64,000 nt of DNA, taken from contig DJVT01000014.1 of assembly GCA_002441305.1 (NCBI GenBank), positions 2,859 through 66,858 of the forward strand, in the 5' to 3' direction. The translations under genes and the position numbers were made by a program. Below the pieces are notes generated by a model. That model saw only the letters and a program-made list of their open reading frames with translations, had not been told where the DNA came from and made no database searches. Source of the stretch: Candidatus Omnitrophica bacterium UBA6249. Lineage in GTDB: Bacteria; Omnitrophota; Gorgyraeia; Gygaellales; Profunditerraquicolaceae. Below are positions 61,756 to 64,000 of the stretch, piece by piece. Every line of letters begins with the position of its first letter. The first letter of the stretch is position 1.

Positions 61756-63141
61756 TTAACGAAGCCCGAAGACTTCCTTCTTGGTGACAAAAGCGGCGGC
61801 GGTATCCTTGGTAATCAGGCCGCGCCTGAACAGATCCATGAGCGAGCTGTCCATAGTGTGCATACCGAATTCCGCTCCCGATTCCAGGTAACTGTAGATC
61901 TGTTCGGTGCGCGCCTTACGGATAAGGTTTCTTATCGCGGGAGTAGGCACAAGCACTTCCGTCGCCAGGACCCTTCCTTTTCCGTCGGCGCGCGGAAGGA
62001 GGTACTGACAGACTACCCCTTCCAGACAAGTGGCGATCTGGATGCGCATCTGCATCTGCTGTTCTATGGGAAAAATATCGATCAGCCTGTTTATGCAATC
62101 CACCACGCTGGTGGTATGCAGGGTGGAAAATACCAGATGCCCCTCTTCCGCGGCGGTAACCGCCTGTGATACGGAATCAAGGTCCCTGATCTCCCCCATA
62201 AGCACGATATCGACATCCTGGCGCAGGGCGCTCCTAAGGGCTCCGGAAAACGACAAGGTGTCCAGCCCCACATCCCTCTGGCAGATAAAACTGTTCTTGC
62301 TTTCGTAAATATATTCGATAGGGTCCTCGATGCTGATGATCACGCTTTCCCGTTTCCTGTTTATGCTCTCGATAATCGCGGCCAGCGTAGTCGATTTCCC
62401 GCTGTCCACCGGGCCGGAGACAATGATCAAACCGCTCTTTTTATTCACCACGTCTTTCAAGACGGGAGGAAGCCCGAGGTCGTCGAACGACCTGATCTCG
62501 CTCCCGATGATCTTCGCCACCACCGCCAAGTTACCCTTGTCAAAGAAAACGTTCATCCTGAAACGCCGTTTCTCCTGCGGCAGTGTATAGGCAAAATCGA
62601 GTTCCAGGTTACTGTAAAGTTCCTCTTTCTGCTTTGCGCTGATCACGGGAAAAACCATTTTCTCCATATCCCCATGAGAAACCGGGACCACGTCGATATG
62701 CATAACCTTGCCGTCAACCCTGCATACGGGGACGCACCCTACTGCCAGGTGCACGCTGGTAGCCCCTTTCTTGACCGCTCTGGAAAGCAACACGCTCAAG
62801 TCAACCTTCTCTACATACTCGCCTATCCTCTCCTGGGAAGAGGTATCGATCTGGTCAAAAGAAATTCCGTAGATATACCTGTCCTGTCCGGCGGACTGGG
62901 AGCGCATCACCTTGCCGACGAATTTGATAGGCTGTTCGAGAAAAGGAAAAGGCAGCTCTCCCTGTATGGTCGAACCCACCTTAATCACGTCTTTGCTCTC
63001 TATGGCAAAACCATTCATGCTTACGTCCTTGATCTCGGCACCGAAGACCGACTCCTGCTCCCCTTCCATAATAGAATACTTAAGCTGGTAATCGCATTCC
63101 TTCCTCCGGCTTACCCTTTTATTCATGAAGTTTTTGAACAT
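61756..63141 (-). CDS. PilT-family type IV pilus retraction-type ATPase with N-terminal PilZ domain
   Basis: The N-terminal ~115 aa carry intact PilZ c-di-GMP motifs: RxxxR (RVSRR) and DxSxxG (DVSMNGF). The remainder is PilT-like: Walker A SGPVDSGKSTT, Asp box, Walker B VLMGEIRD and His box FSTLHT. Confidence 0.8.
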   Translation of the reverse strand: MFKNFMNKRVSRRKECDYQLKYSIMEGEQESVFGAEIKDVSMNGFAIESKDVIKVGSTIQGELPFPFLEQPIKFVGKVMRSQSAGQDRYIYGISFDQIDTSSQERIGEYVEKVDLSVLLSRAVKKGATSVHLAVGCVPVCRVDGKVMHIDVVPVSHGDMEKMVFPVISAKQKEELYSNLELDFAYTLPQEKRRFRMNVFFDKGNLAVVAKIIGSEIRSFDDLGLPPVLKDVVNKKSGLIIVSGPVDSGKSTTLAAIIESINRKRESVIISIEDPIEYIYESKNSFICQRDVGLDTLSFSGALRSALRQDVDIVLMGEIRDLDSVSQAVTAAEEGHLVFSTLHTTSVVDCINRLIDIFPIEQQMQMRIQIATCLEGVVCQYLLPRADGKGRVLATEVLVPTPAIRNLIRKARTEQIYSYLESGAEFGMHTMDSSLMDLFRRGLITKDTAAAFVTKKEVFGLR

Positions 63142-63168
63142 TTGGCCTCTCCCGTAAAAACGAACCGG

Positions 63169-63795
63169 TTATTTTCTTTCCTTCGTCCTGATGAAAAGCT
63201 TCCACGGATTCTTGCGCACGTCGGCAACCAGGGCCTCCAGCTCGTTATAGATGGCGTCGTCATAGATGAATTTACCCAAGGAACCTTCTTTATTGTTGAT
63301 TCTCTCCAGCCCCTCATCGAGACTGTGCAGGATATTCTCGGCATTCCTGAATATCTGGTGCATAGGCAGAGGATCTACCCCGATCAGGAACTGCCCCTCT
63401 CCGAGCAAACTCGCATAATCGCTGCCCGGCATTATCTCCACATACTTCTCCCCCAGCAGTCCGAGGGTGTTTACCCATACGGTGGAATCTGCGGGAATCT
63501 TGATATCCTCTTTTATCCATACATTCAAGTTAACGCGCGAGCAGTTATCCTCGGGGACAAAATTCAATCTTACGTCTTTTACCTCCCCTACATCCACCCC
63601 GGCGAAACGCACGGGCGCCCCCACCTTGACCCCGTTCACGAAATTAAAACGCAGGTTTATGCGGTAACCCGAGCTCCAGGTCTTGAACCCCCCGATGGAC
63701 AATATGAAAATAACGAATACGGCCAGCCCGATGGATACGAAAATGCCTACTTTCAATTCCAGTTTAGTTTTACCAAATACCATTTCTTCCTCCAC
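63169..63795 (-). CDS. mlaD: MCE-domain protein MlaD
   Basis: 208 aa with a single N-terminal TM helix and an MCE domain (GVKVGAPVRFAGVDVGEV). Confidence 0.8.
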   Translation of the reverse strand: MEEEMVFGKTKLELKVGIFVSIGLAVFVIFILSIGGFKTWSSGYRINLRFNFVNGVKVGAPVRFAGVDVGEVKDVRLNFVPEDNCSRVNLNVWIKEDIKIPADSTVWVNTLGLLGEKYVEIMPGSDYASLLGEGQFLIGVDPLPMHQIFRNAENILHSLDEGLERINNKEGSLGKFIYDDAIYNELEALVADVRKNPWKLFIRTKERK

Positions 63796-64000
63796 TTACT
63801 TAAAAGTATCGACCGCCTCGGTTATCGGACCCTTGGCAAGCCCGTTTATGAATTGATGGACCACCGGATTATGCGACTCCCTGATCTCCCGGGGAGACCC
63901 CTCTATGACTATCCTGCCCTTATACATCATCGCGATCTTGTCGGCAATGTGGTATGCGCTTTTCATATCATGCGTAACCACTATGGAAGTGACTTTCAAT
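63796..64000 (-). CDS. mlaF: ABC transporter ATP-binding protein MlaF-like, C-terminal part only (5' end beyond window)
   Basis: H-loop VTHDM, ...IADKIAMMYKGRIVIEGSPREI...NPVVHQFING. It lies immediately upstream of mlaD. Confidence 0.75.
   Translation of the reverse strand, partial: LKVTSIVVTHDMKSAYHIADKIAMMYKGRIVIEGSPREIRESHNPVVHQFINGLAKGPITEAVDTFK

Overview
This 64-kb bacterial chromosomal window is gene-dense, and nearly all genes lie on the minus strand. I support about 65 protein-coding genes, 4 tRNAs (His-GTG, Arg-TCT, Pro-TGG, Leu-CAG), one tmRNA next to smpB, and two internally deleted pseudogenes. I found no rRNA, CRISPR array, transposase or integrase.

Gene content:
- 1-5432: a giant cyclic beta-1,2-glucan synthase-like gene that runs off the left edge. 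The ORF track does not list it.
- 6.9-11.3 kb: a zinc-uptake operon (zur, OprB-type porin, znuA, znuC, znuB).
- 11.4-13.0 kb: an MbfA-like iron exporter and plsC.
- 21.9-30.5 kb: housekeeping genes rdgB, rph, two-subunit fumarase, queDCEF, murI, amidase, ssrA/smpB and an AEC transporter.
- 30.7-38.7 kb: one operon, rex-hydC-hydB-hydA-hydS-PP2C. It encodes an electron-bifurcating-type [FeFe] hydrogenase plus a sensory hydrogenase and a phosphatase.
- 38.8-64.0 kb: housekeeping genes including pyrE, comF, lptFG, alr, tsaBE, thiL, mtnA, tatD, metG, holB, tmk, cysS, cysE, ispFD, radA, mlaDF.
- Lpt, Mla and porin genes indicate a diderm, and the hydrogenase and Fe-S content suggests an anaerobe. 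I cannot assign the lineage from sequence alone.

The one clearly non-core stretch is about 13.1-20.3 kb. By eye it is AT-richer than its flanks. It lies next to tRNA-His and is packed with small nucleic-acid-binding proteins: two near-identical cspA copies, a third cold-shock-domain gene and three zinc-ribbon ORFs. It also holds an 830-aa secreted protein of unknown function, a gutted radical SAM gene, an orphan tRNA 3' fragment and about 1.5 kb of non-coding DNA.

The most interesting signal I can support is a terminator-like hairpin preceded by a GATTAGA box. It sits in the 5' leaders of both cspA genes and, independently, in the leader of a fabK-like operon, where the stem shows compensatory changes. 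Both cspA leaders also carry a conserved 10-11 bp helix that would sequester the start codon.

Other points worth a second look: a Maf-M48 lipoprotein in-frame fusion, a PilZ-PilT fusion, paired palindromes at the zur and rex promoters, and a tmRNA with a long tag that does not end in -AA.

All calls come from reading the sequence and the supplied ORF translations. No searches or computations were run.
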